In this document: positions 47,010 to 60,447 of the stretch, one piece after another
How positions within the stretch are numbered: the first letter of the stretch is position 1
How the letters are laid out: each line of letters opens with the position of its first letter
Assembly: GCA_010093995.1 (NCBI GenBank)
Contig: ML992507.1
Span: forward strand, 927,868-991,867
Direction of reading: 5' to 3'
DNA length: 64,000 bases
From: Elsinoe ampelina
Taxonomy: Eukaryota
Position numbers and translations under genes: made by a program
Notes under the pieces: generated by a model
What the model was told of the DNA's origin: nothing
What the model saw: only the letters and a program-made list of their open reading frames with translations
Databases searched by the model: none

Positions 47010-49607
47010 TCACGACGCAGACAACGCCAGACACGCGTCCACCGCCATCCCAACCCTACCTTCCTTCATCCGGACAACATCACTGATAACATCCTTGTCC
47101 AAGTCAGGGAACATACCCTGCAAAGTCCTGATCCAGTCAGCACATACTCCCCCACCCCTGTGTCACTGGCTCTGTGAAAGTAATACTAACTCGACAACAA
47201 CCCTATGCTCCTCACTCCTTATCCGCGTCGCCTCCGCCTCAGCCACACTAGCCTGCCGAATCGCCTCCTCGTGCTCCCTCCCCCCCGGTCCAGCAGGTAC
47301 ACCCAGCAACTGCCCCGCGCCCTCTTGACTCCGCCTCCCCGCCTCCCCTCGCTGAGACCGCGTTCGACTCCCGCCAAACATACGCAGGACTTCGCTGTCT
47401 TCCCTCGCGCCCTGGCCCTGCTGGCTCTGCGCCCCAGGGAACCCAGGCCGCGTCGGACTCCGCTGGGCCCCTCCTGGCCTAGGCGGCTGCGGCGGCGGCG
47501 TTTCGTCGCTGAACATCCTCCCGATGCCGCTGAGGGGTTTCTGGATCGTGCGCAGCAGGCCGGACGCGAGATCGTCCGCCGCTGATGACGAGGAGGTGGT
47601 GGTGTCCTGCGATGAGCCGAGGCGGCGGGAGGAGGTGCGGCGCGGGGAGGCGCGTTCGGCGTCCATGCTGTTTCGTGGGGTGACTTCGGGGCGGGAAGGG
47701 GCGGATTTTTCGGAGAGGTGGGGGAGGAGAGGGGAGGTGTCTGGTGCGGTACTGGAGGAGGCTGGCGGGAGGGGAGGGATGGTGTTGGGGTCCAGGGAGG
47801 TGCGGGTCTCGTATTCTTCTGCTTTGTGGCCTTCGGCGATTGCGGAGACGGCGGCTTCGACGTTGGCTTCGAAGTCTTCGTTGGAGATGGTGAGGTTGGT
47901 GCGGTCGAGGTTTTCGACAAAGGAGATGACGCCCATGAGCGAGGAGATGTAGTAGCCTGCTTCGCCGCCGAGTTTGTCTTGGTTGCGGAAGCGGAGGATG
48001 TATTGGACGTTGCTGACGAGGTGGGTGGGGTTGGCTTTGAGGACGGTGTAGATGAGGAGGGGGACGAAAGAGTCGGCGGATTGGTCGGTTTTGTTGTTCT
48101 TGAGGAAGCCGAAGATGACTTTGCAGCAGTTGAGGATTTGGATGACTTTGTCGCGTGGTGCTCGGTAGGAGTTGATCTTGAGGAGTTCTTGTTGAGCGAG
48201 GGAGAGGAATTTCCGACCTTTGTCGCCGACCGAAGGGATATCGAGATGTTCTTCTTTGATCCAGCCATATATGCGAATCTTCTGAGCGATCACATCATCT
48301 CGTTCCACGTCTTCCTGATGCTGACCTCTCCGACCAGGACCGCTCGTCGACGCGGCATTCGCCCTTGCTCGGCGGGTGCGAGCGCTCGAGATACTCTCGA
48401 CTGGAGGTATTGCAGGCGAGAATGTTTGCGAGTACAGTCGATTCATGACGAGCTTCTCCATGCCTTCTCGGGCATTGTCAAACTCGGCGTCCGAGACTGT
48501 TCGCCACACATCGCACTGCGACATCTTCTTCGAGATAAATTCCAGGAAATCGGAGATGATCTTGACTTGCTCGTGGACCTGCCATTGCTTCTTCCCAAAC
48601 TCATTCAAGAAGGATCGCAAGAAGCGAGCTACTGGGTCTGCTGTCCGATGTCGAAGCTGCTCGAGGAATCTGTGAAAGTCGAATGGGAGTGCTGGCTCTG
48701 GGTCTGGTGAGGGTGGAGGCGGTTGAAAGACGGAGTTGCCCCCTGGACTCTGCGGGGGCAAGGCATCCGGTTTCTCTGATGCTGGAGGGGGTGGAGGGGG
48801 CAGACCTTCCGTGATCGACGGCGGCCGAGCCTTGGAAGCATTGAAGTTGTAGCTGTCCCGCGAAGCAGGCCTTCGTAATGAAGGTGATTTGGGCGACCCT
48901 TGCGACTCCGGTTCCAGGCTGGACCCACGAGGTGGAAAGAAGACAGGCGAGGCTATCTCCATTCGCGGCGACAGAATCTCCTCTTTCCCGAGACCTTTCC
49001 CATCCTCTCCAAATTGGTCCATTATGCTCTGAATCTCGGACCGACTCTCGTTGTCGCTCTGATGTTGATCCACTACAGAGTCGTCCTCAGGAGGGTGCTT
49101 CTCGTCGTATTCCTGGTACTCTGGTTGCTTCCCTGCTGCTACGCTTTGGAGTCCAGCATCCTTTGGAGGCGGCGCTGGTGGAGGCGGGGAACTGATACGA
49201 GGTTTGTCTCGGATCGAGAGCGACAGAGGCTCCCTCGTAGGTTTACTTGCCATGTCCTTGACAGAGTCACTTCCGCTTTGTGCTCCAGCTATTGCGAGAT
49301 TGCCGCCATCGGGTGTTGACGCTTGTGTAGCCTCTCCTGCTTCTGCATCCTGCTTCTCCGGCTCTACCAGTTCCTGGGCTTCAGCGCCAGATCCTTCAGC
49401 GAAAGGATTATCCTGTGTTGGTTTCGGATATTCTCCCCCCGTCGAAGTATTGGCAACCGCTCCAGCATCTTTCGTAACATCGTCTGGGAGACTCGTACTA
49501 TCCAGAGGTTGTTTGCCGGAGCTGGTCGCTTTGTCGTCCCTCATCTGCGCTGCTTGCTGGTGCGTGCTGCCTCCCGCGCCTGCATCTTGCGCATCCGTAG
49601 TTGACAT
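47010..49607 (-). CDS. VPS9: Rab5/Vps21 guanine nucleotide exchange factor with C-terminal CUE domain
   Basis: EGMEKLVMNRLY, YRAPRDK, SADSFVPLLIY, GGEAGYY; terminal exon GMFPDLDKDVI...AVDACLAL*. Confidence 0.93.
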
Positions 49608-50057
49608 AGACTCATGTGTCGTCAGTCTCGAGTTGGTAGTTGGTGGTATGTGGAAGCATAGGAATACACCGCCTTGCCCAATCTGATCGCTTCCGTTGGC
49701 GGCGCTAATACCGGCAAGTCGTGTAATAATCCGCCCCGCGACTCGTGCATTAATGACCGGGGACTTTGTTATGCAGGCATCTGTTTCATCTCACGTGTTG
49801 GATCCGATCAGGTTCGCGGCCTTGCGGCTCAAAATGTCGAAGCTCCACCCGACGGGATCCTGTCGATTTTGGACCAATTGGAGACCGCCACACATTTCCC
49901 GCAATTAATGCGCCCTTCACGGCTCCAGAGCTCTCATCCTTTCTCATGCAAGGTCATGCTAGCCAACTTCTCCTTTCCCGGCCATTGTGAGATAAAGACA
50001 GGTTGCATCCCGCCTGCGACAGCATGAAACCATTGTCAGAAGCTTCCTGGACCACTA

Positions 50058-51933
50058 ATGTGCGGCATATACCTGAGCCTTGATCGGACTTGTGATCAAA
50101 TTCCGAGCAATCACATTCAGGATCTGCTACAACATCGAGGTCCGGATAGTGTCACTCAGCTGCGATTCGAACTGAAGCCGCGGAGGGCGGTACCAGAAGA
50201 CCGCAATGACTTTCCGGTGACCGACCGTGGCTCTGAGGACCTGAGCCAGCCCACCTCAACAACACATGTTTCTTGTGTAGGATCTGTTCTTTCCCTGAGG
50301 GGCGATCGAGTCACCAAGCAGCCAGTGCTACAGGATCCCCACTTCAGCCCTTCGACTTCCTCGTTCCTGTGTTGGAATGGCGAGGCCTGGTCCTTTGCCA
50401 GCACGCCTATTAGAGGCAGCGATACCGCTCACGTCTTTGATCTCTTGTCGTACATCTGTGAGACTTCCAGCAATGCGGGCGACTCGGATCCAGAAGTCGC
50501 TATCAGTGAAGCATTATCGTCATATGCGGGCCCATACGCCTTTGCCTTCTTTGATCATCATTATCAGCGCATATACTGCGGTCGAGACTTTCTCGGCAGG
50601 AGATCTCTGATGACCTGTCAGACTCCGACAGGCATACTTATTAGCAGCATACCCGATGAGAACGGAGACTGGATGGAGATTGAGGCAGATGGCGTCTACT
50701 GGCTTGACTTGAAGCAGCAAGGCGCTTTTCGCTTCGAGAAGGAACCGTACCAGATCGTGCAGAGCAGTAGACGGTCCTCCCGATCTATCGTAAGCTGTTC
50801 TATTTCCATTTGAACTGCTTTCTAAACTTTCTCCAGTCTCCTTGCGAGCTCCAACTTGAGCGACAGCTGCTAGATAGTCCCGAAGAAACAATTACCTCAC
50901 TGGGCAAGGCTGATCCGGTCGATTGCCTCCACCACCTCTTGCACAGTGCTCTCAAGTCAAGGCTACTCACGATACCTACCCTGACGCCGCTTCGGCCGCC
51001 GCAAGCAGATACGCAACGAGCAAAGATTGCTGTGCTGTTTTCAGGGGGAATCGACTGTACTGTACTGGCACGACTCGCACATACAATCCTATACCCAGAC
51101 GAGCCCATCGATCTCATCAACGTAGCGTTCGAGAACCCTCGAGTACATCACCAAAGCAAAGCCATCGGTCAATCGCCCTACGAGCAGTGTCCGGATCGGA
51201 AAACTGCAGCCACCTCCCTGCGAGAACTGAGGTCGAGCTGCCCAGAACGAAACTTCAGGCTGCTCAAAGTCAACGTACCCTACACTGAGTTTCTCAAACA
51301 TCGTCCCAAGGTCATTGCTCTCATCAAGCCCCACAACACAGAAATGGACTTGAGCATAGCAGCAGCCCTGTACTTTGCAGCGAGGGGAATCGGAGTGCTT
51401 GAAGATGATTCTTTGTACGAGACTAGTGCAAGGGTCTTGCTCTCGGGTTTGGGTGCCGACGAGCTTTTCGCTGGCTATACGAGACATGCCACGGCATATT
51501 CCAGAGGTGGCTTAAAAGCACTCGAAGATGAGCTGGCTCTGGACATATCTCGCCTTGGAAAGCGTAATCTAGGGCGGGATGATCGGGTCATCTCGCACTG
51601 GGCTAAAGAGGCGCGATATCCCTTCTTGGATGAAAGTCTGGTCAAGTGGGCTCTGTCGGCTACGCTCTTCGAGAAATGCGGTTTCGGCAATACCAAACTT
51701 CCCACGGACAACGACGGTACATCTCTTGACCCGGCAAAAATGATCATTCGTCGTCTAGCTATGAAATTGGGTATGCCTGGTGTTGCTCAGGAGAAGAAAA
51801 GAGCTGTCAGTGTTGTCATGCCAAGATCATACAAAGACTGACCATGATTCAGATTCAATTTGGTGCTCGGACTGCGAAAATGGATGTCAAGAAGACGAAA
51901 GGAACGCAAGTGCTGACTGTGATGGCGCACTGA
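50058..51933 (+). CDS. Asparagine synthetase domain-containing protein (ASNSD1/YML096W-like), 3 exons
   Basis: MCGI, RGPD, WNGE, GRDFLGRRSL, LFSGGIDC, SGLGADELFAGY, RNLGRDDR and KKRA|IQFGARTAKM. Confidence 0.9.
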
Positions 51934-53288
51934 ACGAGCAGAAGACCTAGGTACGTGAAAGTCGCACATTTCATGTTTCCAATACACCCCACATGATGAC
52001 TGAAGCGGACTCCGGTCTGCAATCAGATACTGTTGAGAGTCGACTTGCAGTGATGAGGAGTCCATGGGTATCTGCCTATTGAACACTCTCCCTGACTTGT
52101 CAATAGACTCGATGATTGCTTAAAAGGCAAGTCTGATGGGCTCGCTGTTATCATCTCGGTATATGGTGTTGTTGCCTATTTATCTGACTTGCTCACAGAC
52201 AATACCTGTTGTCACGAATAAGAGTATTCCTCTCACGACTACCAAAGCTTCAGTAGTCAATGTATGTGCCCAAACTTGAATCCATGAAACTGATCCTTCC
52301 TGTACTACTCCTTCGTGAAGCATCTCCTCCCTTACATGCACCAAACAAGCACCCGCCGTACACACCCTCCCCCGTCCTTCCTCCTTCCGCCGCCCCACCC
52401 CGCTTCACCAACGACATCGACATCAACCACTACCTCCACGCCACCACCCTCTCCTTCGCACCCCAGTACAAATTCCCTTCGACTCCCGCCCTTAGCCTCC
52501 CCTGCCACCGCATGACCTTCGCCAAACCCACCAACACTCCTATGTCCGGCCTCATGGTCACCAACGACGATCTAATCCGAGGCAGGCGGGCACAACGGCC
52601 TCCACGGGCGGTAGGACTTTTTCATCGCTACTGCACGGGCGGACTCGGCTATCAGCATGGTAGCGGGGATAGTCCAGGTGTCAGGGGGCGTATCTTCTTA
52701 TGATTACCAAGGCAGATTTTGTGTGAGGGGGATGGGGTTTACATGCTGAATCTGGGTTCGGATGGGCGCTTGGTCGGCATTTGGCCATTTTGGTGGGGTT
52801 GGTATGGGTTCCAAGAGGGGCGAGACGGAGTGGGGTTCTGCGGTGGGGTGGGTGGTGGTTTGCTCGGAAGGGGATGGAGTGGGTATGGGAGGGGAGGTGT
52901 AGGTGAACATTTGGGTAGGCTTGTTGAGTGGGTTTCTCTTTGCCTCTTGGTGCTGGTGATATGAGGTCGACTCCATGCCGGCAGTCTGCATTTGTGCGCA
53001 CTCGACCTCTGTCTCGGAGCGCGGTCAGAAAGTCGCGGTCGAAAAACCAAGATTTCAAGGAAGATGGCAGTATTCGTATCCTTGATCTTGCTGCATTCGT
53101 ACGCTCCCATGCGGCTATAAACGGGTTCTTCCTGCCCTCTTGACAAGCATACGCGGTTATTGCGAGCTTCATGGCGGTCTGCTTCCCGAATGTGACTGAA
53201 AATTCTAGACCTTGACACCGATTTGGATCCTACATGTTGAATATTCCTCCCCTGCCGACTTCCCCTGCCTTACCTCGCCTTGCCCGAT

Positions 53289-54717
53289 CTAAGCAGGACT
53301 CGCCCCTCCCTTCCAATACTTGCTCGGCAAAAACGGCATCTTGCTCACCACCGCCTTCCTCACCTTCCCTCTCACCTTGACACCCACCTCTGTTCCCGCC
53401 TTATGCAGTCCATTCTTGATATACCCCATGGCGATGTTCTTCCCCAGACTCGGACTCGGGCATCCACTCGTGATCGTCCCGATCTTCGTGCCATCCGCGT
53501 TGACGATCTCCGCGCCTTCTCTGGCCGGTGCACCCTCCACGATGAGACCGACTCGCCGCCGCTCTACCCCTGCGCCTCCTTTGCTAGCGGGCGTGAGTTG
53601 TGGGATGATCGTCTCGGCGCCGTTGAAGTTGGCTTGTTCGCGTCGGGATTTGCCTATGATCCAGCTCAGTCCGGCTTCGACGGGGGTGGTGGTGTCATCG
53701 AGGTCGTGGCCGTAGAGACACATGCCGGCTTCGAGGCGGAGGGAATCGCGGGCTCCCAGACCGGCAAGGCGGATCTTATCGGGTCCTGCTTTGGACAAGA
53801 GGAGAGAGGTGAATTCTTCGGTTTGGTGCGGTGGGATGGAGATTTCGAAGCCGTCTTCGCCCGTGTAGCCGCCTCGACTGGCGAGGAGGGGTTCTGAGGG
53901 GCCGGAGGGGAGGTTGACGGTGATATAGTGGGAGGCGCCAAAGTAGAAGGATTGCAGGTCAAGGGAGGAGGGGTCAGCGAGGATGCTTGACAGAATGGAG
54001 GCGGAGAGGGGTCCTTGGAGCGCTACGAGGCCTTGGTCTTTGAGGGGAGTGATGGTGACGGACGGCTTTCCTGAGGAGTTCCACGATGAGAGGGCAGACG
54101 ACAGAAATGCCCAGTCCTTTTCGCGGCAGCCGGCGTTGGTGACCACGTAGAACTTCTCAGGGGTGAGACGGGTGACGACGGTATCATCCACAATGCCGCC
54201 CGTCTTCGGATGTAGGAGAGCGGACAGCGTTGATTGATGCGGTGGAAGTGTGGAAAGAGAAGAAGGAGTGAATGATTCCAGAAATTCAGTGACTCCTGGA
54301 CCTTCGACATGATATTGTACCCTATGGTTATTAGTCAAGAACTACGAGAAGTTCGGCATTGGCTTACATATGGCTCACGTCAAATATGCTTGCCTTTTCT
54401 CTAGTCCACTTGTGCGATTCGCCCACACTGAGATCGCTGTACTGTACCGGCATTTCGTACCCTCCGAATGGTACCATCTTCGCTCCATGCTTGATGTGCA
54501 GATCGTACAATCCCGTCCGTCCGAGTGCTTTGCTGGGGAGCTCAACATCTGCTCGCTGAATAGCAGTCGTGTGAAAGGTGCTTCGAGTAGCTACAGTCAG
54601 AAGTGGAATTGCTTGCTTGTAGTTGTGCACGCCAGATCGTGGGAGGCGAGATGCTTGCCGGCCGGCAACGACTCCCAGCACTTGGTGAGCCCGCCTCGGA
54701 ACCAATCTGGTCGCCAT
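53289..54717 (-). CDS. GCV1: Mitochondrial aminomethyltransferase, glycine cleavage T protein, 2 exons
   Basis: Arg-rich presequence; [49 protein letters not shown]. Confidence 0.95.
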
Positions 54718-55089
54718 GTTCGAGCTATTTCCCTGTCGTCGTAGGATTCCTCCAATGGCAATTCCAGACGTGTTACCTACTCGTGACACTTGTGACCGAC
54801 AGTATATAGCAAAAACTCCAAATTCGACCTAAAAATAATCACTGAATGATATCGGAGAATTACCTCTTTATTAGCCCTCGGGGTTCAACAGAGGATAGGC
54901 TCGGAGTTGGTTCCCTTTTCTGGCAGCTCTAACCCGCCCGTAGCAAGGCGAGCGAATGCGGCGGCGGCAGAATCTCGGTCCGTGGTGACGACAGTGGATG
55001 AGGCCAGCCCAGCTCCGACTTCAATGATTGAGCTTGATACAGCCTGACATAATTGACCACTTCCGATTCCCTCCCTTCGCATCTCCAGC

Positions 55090-56367
55090 ATGTCGAAGCA
55101 GGCGTACTTTCTCGTATCTCTGCCGACGAGTATATCACCTTCAGATAACAAGGATGAAGCGCTCACCGCTCTGCGATCAACAGTGACGACGGACCTGGGG
55201 ACGACCGTGCCATTCACGATACCTAGCTTCAAGGTCGGGACACTGGATGGGCTAGTACAACAGGCGGATGAGTTGCAGAAGCTGGAGCAGAATTGTCATG
55301 CTGTGGTGACCAAGGTCGCGGATGCGCTACGGGGTCTCCTCGAGGGGGACGAGGACAAGATTGCAGAGCAGAAGAACGTAAATGATCGTATGGCAGCCTC
55401 GTGCGGGTAACAGCATTGTGATCTGACAATTTGATGCAGGACCTGTCGACACCTACCTCTCCAACTTCCAATGGAACAAAGTCAAGTACCGAGCAGACAA
55501 GCCAATTAAAGAACTCATGGGCAGCCTGGAGAAGGAAATCTCAAGCGTCGACAATGATATCAAGTCCAAATTCAACCAGTACAATTCCACCAAGACTGCA
55601 CTGGCGACTGCGCAAAGGAATCAAACAGGCAATCTATCGCAAAAGTCGTTAACATCAGTGGTCAATCCGGAGAGGCTGCTAGGCCCAGATGACTCGGAGT
55701 ACCTCCAGCAAATCCTCATTGCCGTACCAAATCAAGGTGTAAAGGACTATCTCAAGAGCTACGAGGGATTGGTTGAGCATTGGGTCGTGCCACGCTCATC
55801 GACCGAACTAGCCAAGGACGAAGAGTTTACGCTCTTCGCGGTGACAGTGTTCAAGAAGCATGCGCAAGAATTCATCCACAAGTGTAGAGAAAAGCGGTGG
55901 ATACCAAGAGACTGGAAGTTCAAGGAGGGTGGCAGGGCAGAGGAGCAGGCTGAGGCAGACAAGTTGACTGGCGATGAACGGAGGGTATGGGGAGAAGCAC
56001 TGCGATTAGGGCGGACAGGCTACAGCGATGCGGTAATGGCGTGGATACATGTACTTGTGTTGCGGGTGTTTGTCGAGACGGTGCTGCGGTATGGATTACC
56101 GTTGAGCTTTGTATGCGGTCTGGTCAAGGTGCGTGTGGTCTGCCCGCTCTTCACAAACATGACTAACAGTGTGCTTAGACAACACCAAAGCTGGCTTCTA
56201 AAGCAAAAGCTAAGCTCGACGACAACTTCTCACATCTCGCCGGCAACGCGTTTGGTCGAGACAAGAAAGGTCGGGTAGTCAAAGACGACCTCGGCGACGC
56301 ACAAACCATGGCTCACGGCACAGAAGACTACAAGGCCTACGTCTTCTACCAATTCGAGATAGCATAG
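55090..56367 (+). CDS. VMA5: V-type H+-ATPase V1 subunit C, 3 exons
   Basis: IPSFKVGTLD, FQWNKVKY, DSEYL, VVPRSS and LRVFVETVLRYGLP; ends YVFYQFEIA*. Confidence 0.93.
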
Positions 56368-56462
56368 ATCAAAAAGCTTTTTGTGCATATGAGAGAAGAA
56401 GCTGGTCTATACCCCATGTACAGGGCGAAATCATTCCCATCATGTCTTCATCTTCCCCGTTC

Positions 56463-57132
56463 CTATCCCTGCTTCAAATATCCCTTACTCTCCAAATACT
56501 TCACAATCTGCACCACCGCCTCCTCCACACTCGTCTTTGCCGAATCAATCACCACCTCCGCCTTGTCAGGCGCCTCATACGGCGCACTAATCCCCGTAAA
56601 ATCCTTAATCTCCCCGGCCCTCGCCTTCTTATACAACCCCTTGGGATCCCTCTTCTCCGCCTCCTCAACCGAAATCTCCACGTAAACCTCCACAAACGGC
56701 AGGGCCGAATCCGCCGTGTTCCCTGAGCTCTCGTGCAGCTTCCTCGCCTGCTCGCGATCCGCCCGGTACGGCGAGATGAACGACGTCAAAGCAATGGTGG
56801 AGCTGTCGGCGAAGAGTTTCGCGACCTCGGCGATGCGGCGGATGTTTTCGTTGCGGTCTCTCTCCGAGAAGCCGAGGTCTTTGTTGAGGCCGAAGCGCAC
56901 GTTGTCGCCGTCCAGGCGGTAGGAAGCGAGCCCGAGGTGCAGGAGGTGTTGCTCGAGGGCCGTGGCGATGGTGGATTTGCCGGAGGCGGAAAGGCCGGTG
57001 AACCAGATTGTGAGGCCTTGTTGTTTGCGGAGGGAGTTGCGCTCGGTGCGGGAGAGGCCCGGGTGCCAGGTGATGTTGCTGGGAGGGGTTAGGGGGGTAG
57101 ATGGAGAGGGAGGGGGGGTTTTACGTGGCCAT
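56463..57132 (-). CDS. MET14: Adenylylsulfate (APS) kinase, with an 8-nt first coding exon
   Basis: ATGGCCAC|GT...CAG|CAACATCACCTGG gives [46 protein letters not shown]. Confidence 0.95.
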
Positions 57133-57272
57133 GTTGGGTGGGGTAGGAGGTCAACTGATTTGTGAAAGGACAGGCGCTGCGGAGGGAAGTCTTGTTTGAG
57201 CGATTGGTTCACAAGACAAGTGGAAAGTGAAGATGGAGAGAGTGTTGATTTTTGCTGAGGTCAATGGCAGAC

Positions 57273-57282
57273 ATTGCGCAAT
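57273..57282. promoter_or_regulatory. bZIP-type palindrome ATTGCGCAAT in the MET14/HEM25 divergent promoter (candidate CYS-3/MetR site)
   Basis: Perfect 10-bp palindrome ~140 bp upstream of the MET14 ATG; the factor assignment is an inference. Confidence 0.35.
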
Positions 57283-57701
57283 TGCGGGGCACTTTTTTCG
57301 GGAATGTGTTGACCCCTGATCTCTGCAGCTGCTCCCACATCTATCTGCTGTACATGGTCGCGTGCTAGAGTACCTACTGGTGCTTGCTTTTGAGCATACG
57401 AGGCTTTGAGATAGAGTAGAGCGTTGGTCTTGCATGAGAGGAAACGAATTCGACCAGATATGTTTGTTTGGCGTGGTTGAAGTAGAGGGTATGTATCATA
57501 CCAGATCTGACATGTGAGAAAACGTGGGCAGAGCCGCACCGAGCTTCTCCAGACGTCATGACCGAAAGTTTCACGGCGGAAAGCTTCGGGGACCTGGCTC
57601 TTTCAGATTCATTCGTTTCTTAGCATCCTCAGATGAGTAGAGTCTAATCATGTCAACATCTTCTTCCACGGCATGATAGATCGTTGCGGCTTATCACTGT
57701 C

Positions 57702-58708
57702 ATGTCAGATGGCGTTCCAAGGAGGAAGGCCAAGTCTGGTAGGTTTGTCGTCAACTGCGGTATGTTAATCTGACACCTTCAAAAGCATTTCATTTCCTAG
57801 CGGGTCTCTCTTCGGGCGTGACCTCTGCTTTTCTTCTTCAGCCAGCAGATCTTCTCAAGACTCGAGTACAACAATCGCAAGCTTCCTCTTTGACCCTCGC
57901 GTTAAGGGAAATCCTCAATGGACCACATCCGATAAAGTCGCTCTGGCGAGGCACTACTCCCAGCGTAATACGGACAGGAGCTGGAAGCGCATTATACTTT
58001 GGCATGCTCAACCAGATGCGGACTTATGCTGCGCTCACGTCGGCTGCACAAAAGGGCGGAAGCTCGACCTCGGCACTACCGAAGTTGTCAAACACAGCGA
58101 ACCTGATTTCAGGGGCACTGGCAAGAGCATCAGCGGGCTTTATACTGTCGCCTGTGACCGTATTGAAGGTCAGGTATGAATCTTCGTTCTATCAGTACAC
58201 ATCACTGCTCGGCGCAGCGAAAGACACATTGGCAAAGGATGGACTCAAGGGCTTCTTCGCTGGATTTGGCGCCACGGCAGTCAGAGATGCTCCGTACGCC
58301 GGTCTCTACGTCCTCTTCTACGAGCAATCAAAGGCCAGGCTCTCTGCAATATCTGTCAGGCAAGACTTGACGGTCTCCGAGTCAGCCACAATTCGAGAGA
58401 GCGGATCCAGACCCTCAGTTGCAGCGCCGGGCATTAACTTTGCGTCTGGTGTAGTTGCAGCAGTCGGCGCGACTGCTATCACAAATCCTTTCGATGCCAT
58501 CAAGACTCGACTGCAATTGATGCCGTCTCGCTACGGCAACATGGTGCAAGCGGCCAAGCTTATGTTGTCCGAGGAAGGTATGGCGAGCATGTTTGATGGC
58601 TTGGCGTTGAGGATGGTTAGGAAAGGCTTGAGTAGTGCTCTTGCATGGACTGTTTATGAGGAGTTGATTAGAAGGGCAGAGGATCGATTGGCGACGACAC
58701 CAGCATGA
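57702..58708 (+). CDS. HEM25: Mitochondrial carrier, SLC25A38/Hem25 glycine transporter, 2 exons
   Basis: Three PxD/TxxKxR repeats; [47 protein letters not shown]. Confidence 0.88.
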
Positions 58709-59170
58709 TACCCCCTCCACTCATGTATTTGTGCGTATGTAAAATGTACACAATCTCAAGCAGATCGGCTGTAGAACAGTCCAGGTCCTGACTCGACAAT
58801 GCATGTCACATCCAAACCAAAACTCTGTTTGATGTAGCTCCCTCCATCGTGGCTAGCTCCGATGCCGCTTGCTTTGAGGAGATGAACCCCGCCATGTTCC
58901 CCAGACTTCCATCCATCCTTCACTCAAGCCTCCCACCTCATGACGTCGCTCACGTGTAGATCTCGCAGATGCCATCTAATATGCAAGATCCGCCCGCATT
59001 CACATGGTAATCGAAGTGCCGCCTCGTCATAGCCCCAATGAATAGCTCAGGTCTGGCCAACATTTCTTCTCTGCCTCCTTCCTTCTCTCACTCACCTCTA
59101 CACTCATCCCCCGTCCCATACCACACTCCCCTCCAACCTCACCCACCAAACCCTCCCACCACCAGCCACC

Positions 59171-60447
59171 ATGCCTCCCCCTTCCGCCACCCCCCACGAC
59201 CTCAACTGCCTCACCATCACCGAACTCGAACACCTCGCCGCCGAACGCATGGACAAACAAACCCGCGATTACTACAACGAAGGCGCCGACTCGGGCTCCA
59301 CCCTCCGCGAAAACATGTCCGCCTACGCCAAATACCGCATCCGGCCCCGGATCCTCCGCGACGTATCCCGCATCTCCACCACCGTCCCAGTCCTCGGCCA
59401 AACCAACAGCGTCCCCCTCGGCGTCGCGCCCACAGCCATGCAATGCCTCGCGCACGAAGACGGGGAACTCGCCACCGCGCGCGCCTGCCGCGACCGCAAC
59501 GTCATCATGGGCCTGAGCTCCTTCGCGACACAAACCCTCGAGGACGTGGCGCGGGAGAACGGCGACAACGCGCACGTGCTGCAGCTGTATCTGTTCGAGG
59601 AGAGGGAGCATAGTCGGAAACTGATACGGCGCGCGAGGAAGGCGGGGTACAAAGCCGTGTTTCTCACGGTTGATACGCCGATGCTCGGGAGGAGGAATTT
59701 GGAGATCAGGAACCAGTTCAAACTGCCTGGACATTTCAAGGTGGCGAATTTCGCGGACGAGGAGGAGGGGGAGTTCATGGGGGAGGAGAAGGGGGTCAGG
59801 GCCAATGAGGGGCGCAAGAGGGAGAGGAGGGCGAGTGAGGCCGGGTATACGGAGGGGGAGGAGAGGGTTTTGCCTCAGGGTCAGATTACGTTTCATACCC
59901 ACGCGCCGAATCCGACGTTGTGTTGGGAGAGGGATATTGAGTGGTTGAAGAAGGAGTGTGGTGGGGAGATGAAGGTTTTTGTCAAGGGGGTGGCGACGGC
60001 GGAGGATGCCTTGTTGGCGGTGCATCATGGCGTGGATGGGATTGTGGTGTCGAACCATGGGGGGAGACAGCTGAGTGAGTTCCTTACCCATTTGTCGTCC
60101 GAGAAGCGGTACTGACAAGCTTAGATGGCGCACTTGCTACCATTGATGCTCTTCCGGAGATTGTCTCTGCCGTGCAGGGCAAAATACCTGTGCATGTTGA
60201 CGGCGGCATCAGACACGGTACAGATATCTTCAAGGCACTCGCGCTGGGCGCGGACTTTGTCTGGATTGGACGACCAGTGCTTTGGGGTTTGGCGTACAAG
60301 GGACAAGCAGGAGTCGATCTCTGCCTACGGCTGCTCAGCGACGAGTTCCGGCTATGCATGGCACTCGCTGGCGTCACGAACGTCAAGGACATTTCCAAGG
60401 ACTACTTGGTCAAATTGGATGCGTCAGGCTTTGTCAGTAAGCTCTAG
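59171..60447 (+). CDS. Peroxisomal FMN-dependent (S)-2-hydroxy-acid oxidase (glycolate oxidase/HAO family), 2 exons
   Basis: [43 protein letters not shown]-terminal SKL (PTS1); no cytochrome b5 domain. Confidence 0.92.

Noticed and set aside
51990..52136. Box C/D-like motifs (ATGATGA, GTGATGA, CTGA) suggesting a snoRNA
   Set aside because: No terminal stem or rRNA-complementary guide could be identified by eye; snoscan or Infernal would be needed.
56463..57212. 249-aa ORF implying an N-terminally extended APS kinase
   Set aside because: It reads through an in-frame intron; the likely start is ATG 57132 with an 8-nt exon.
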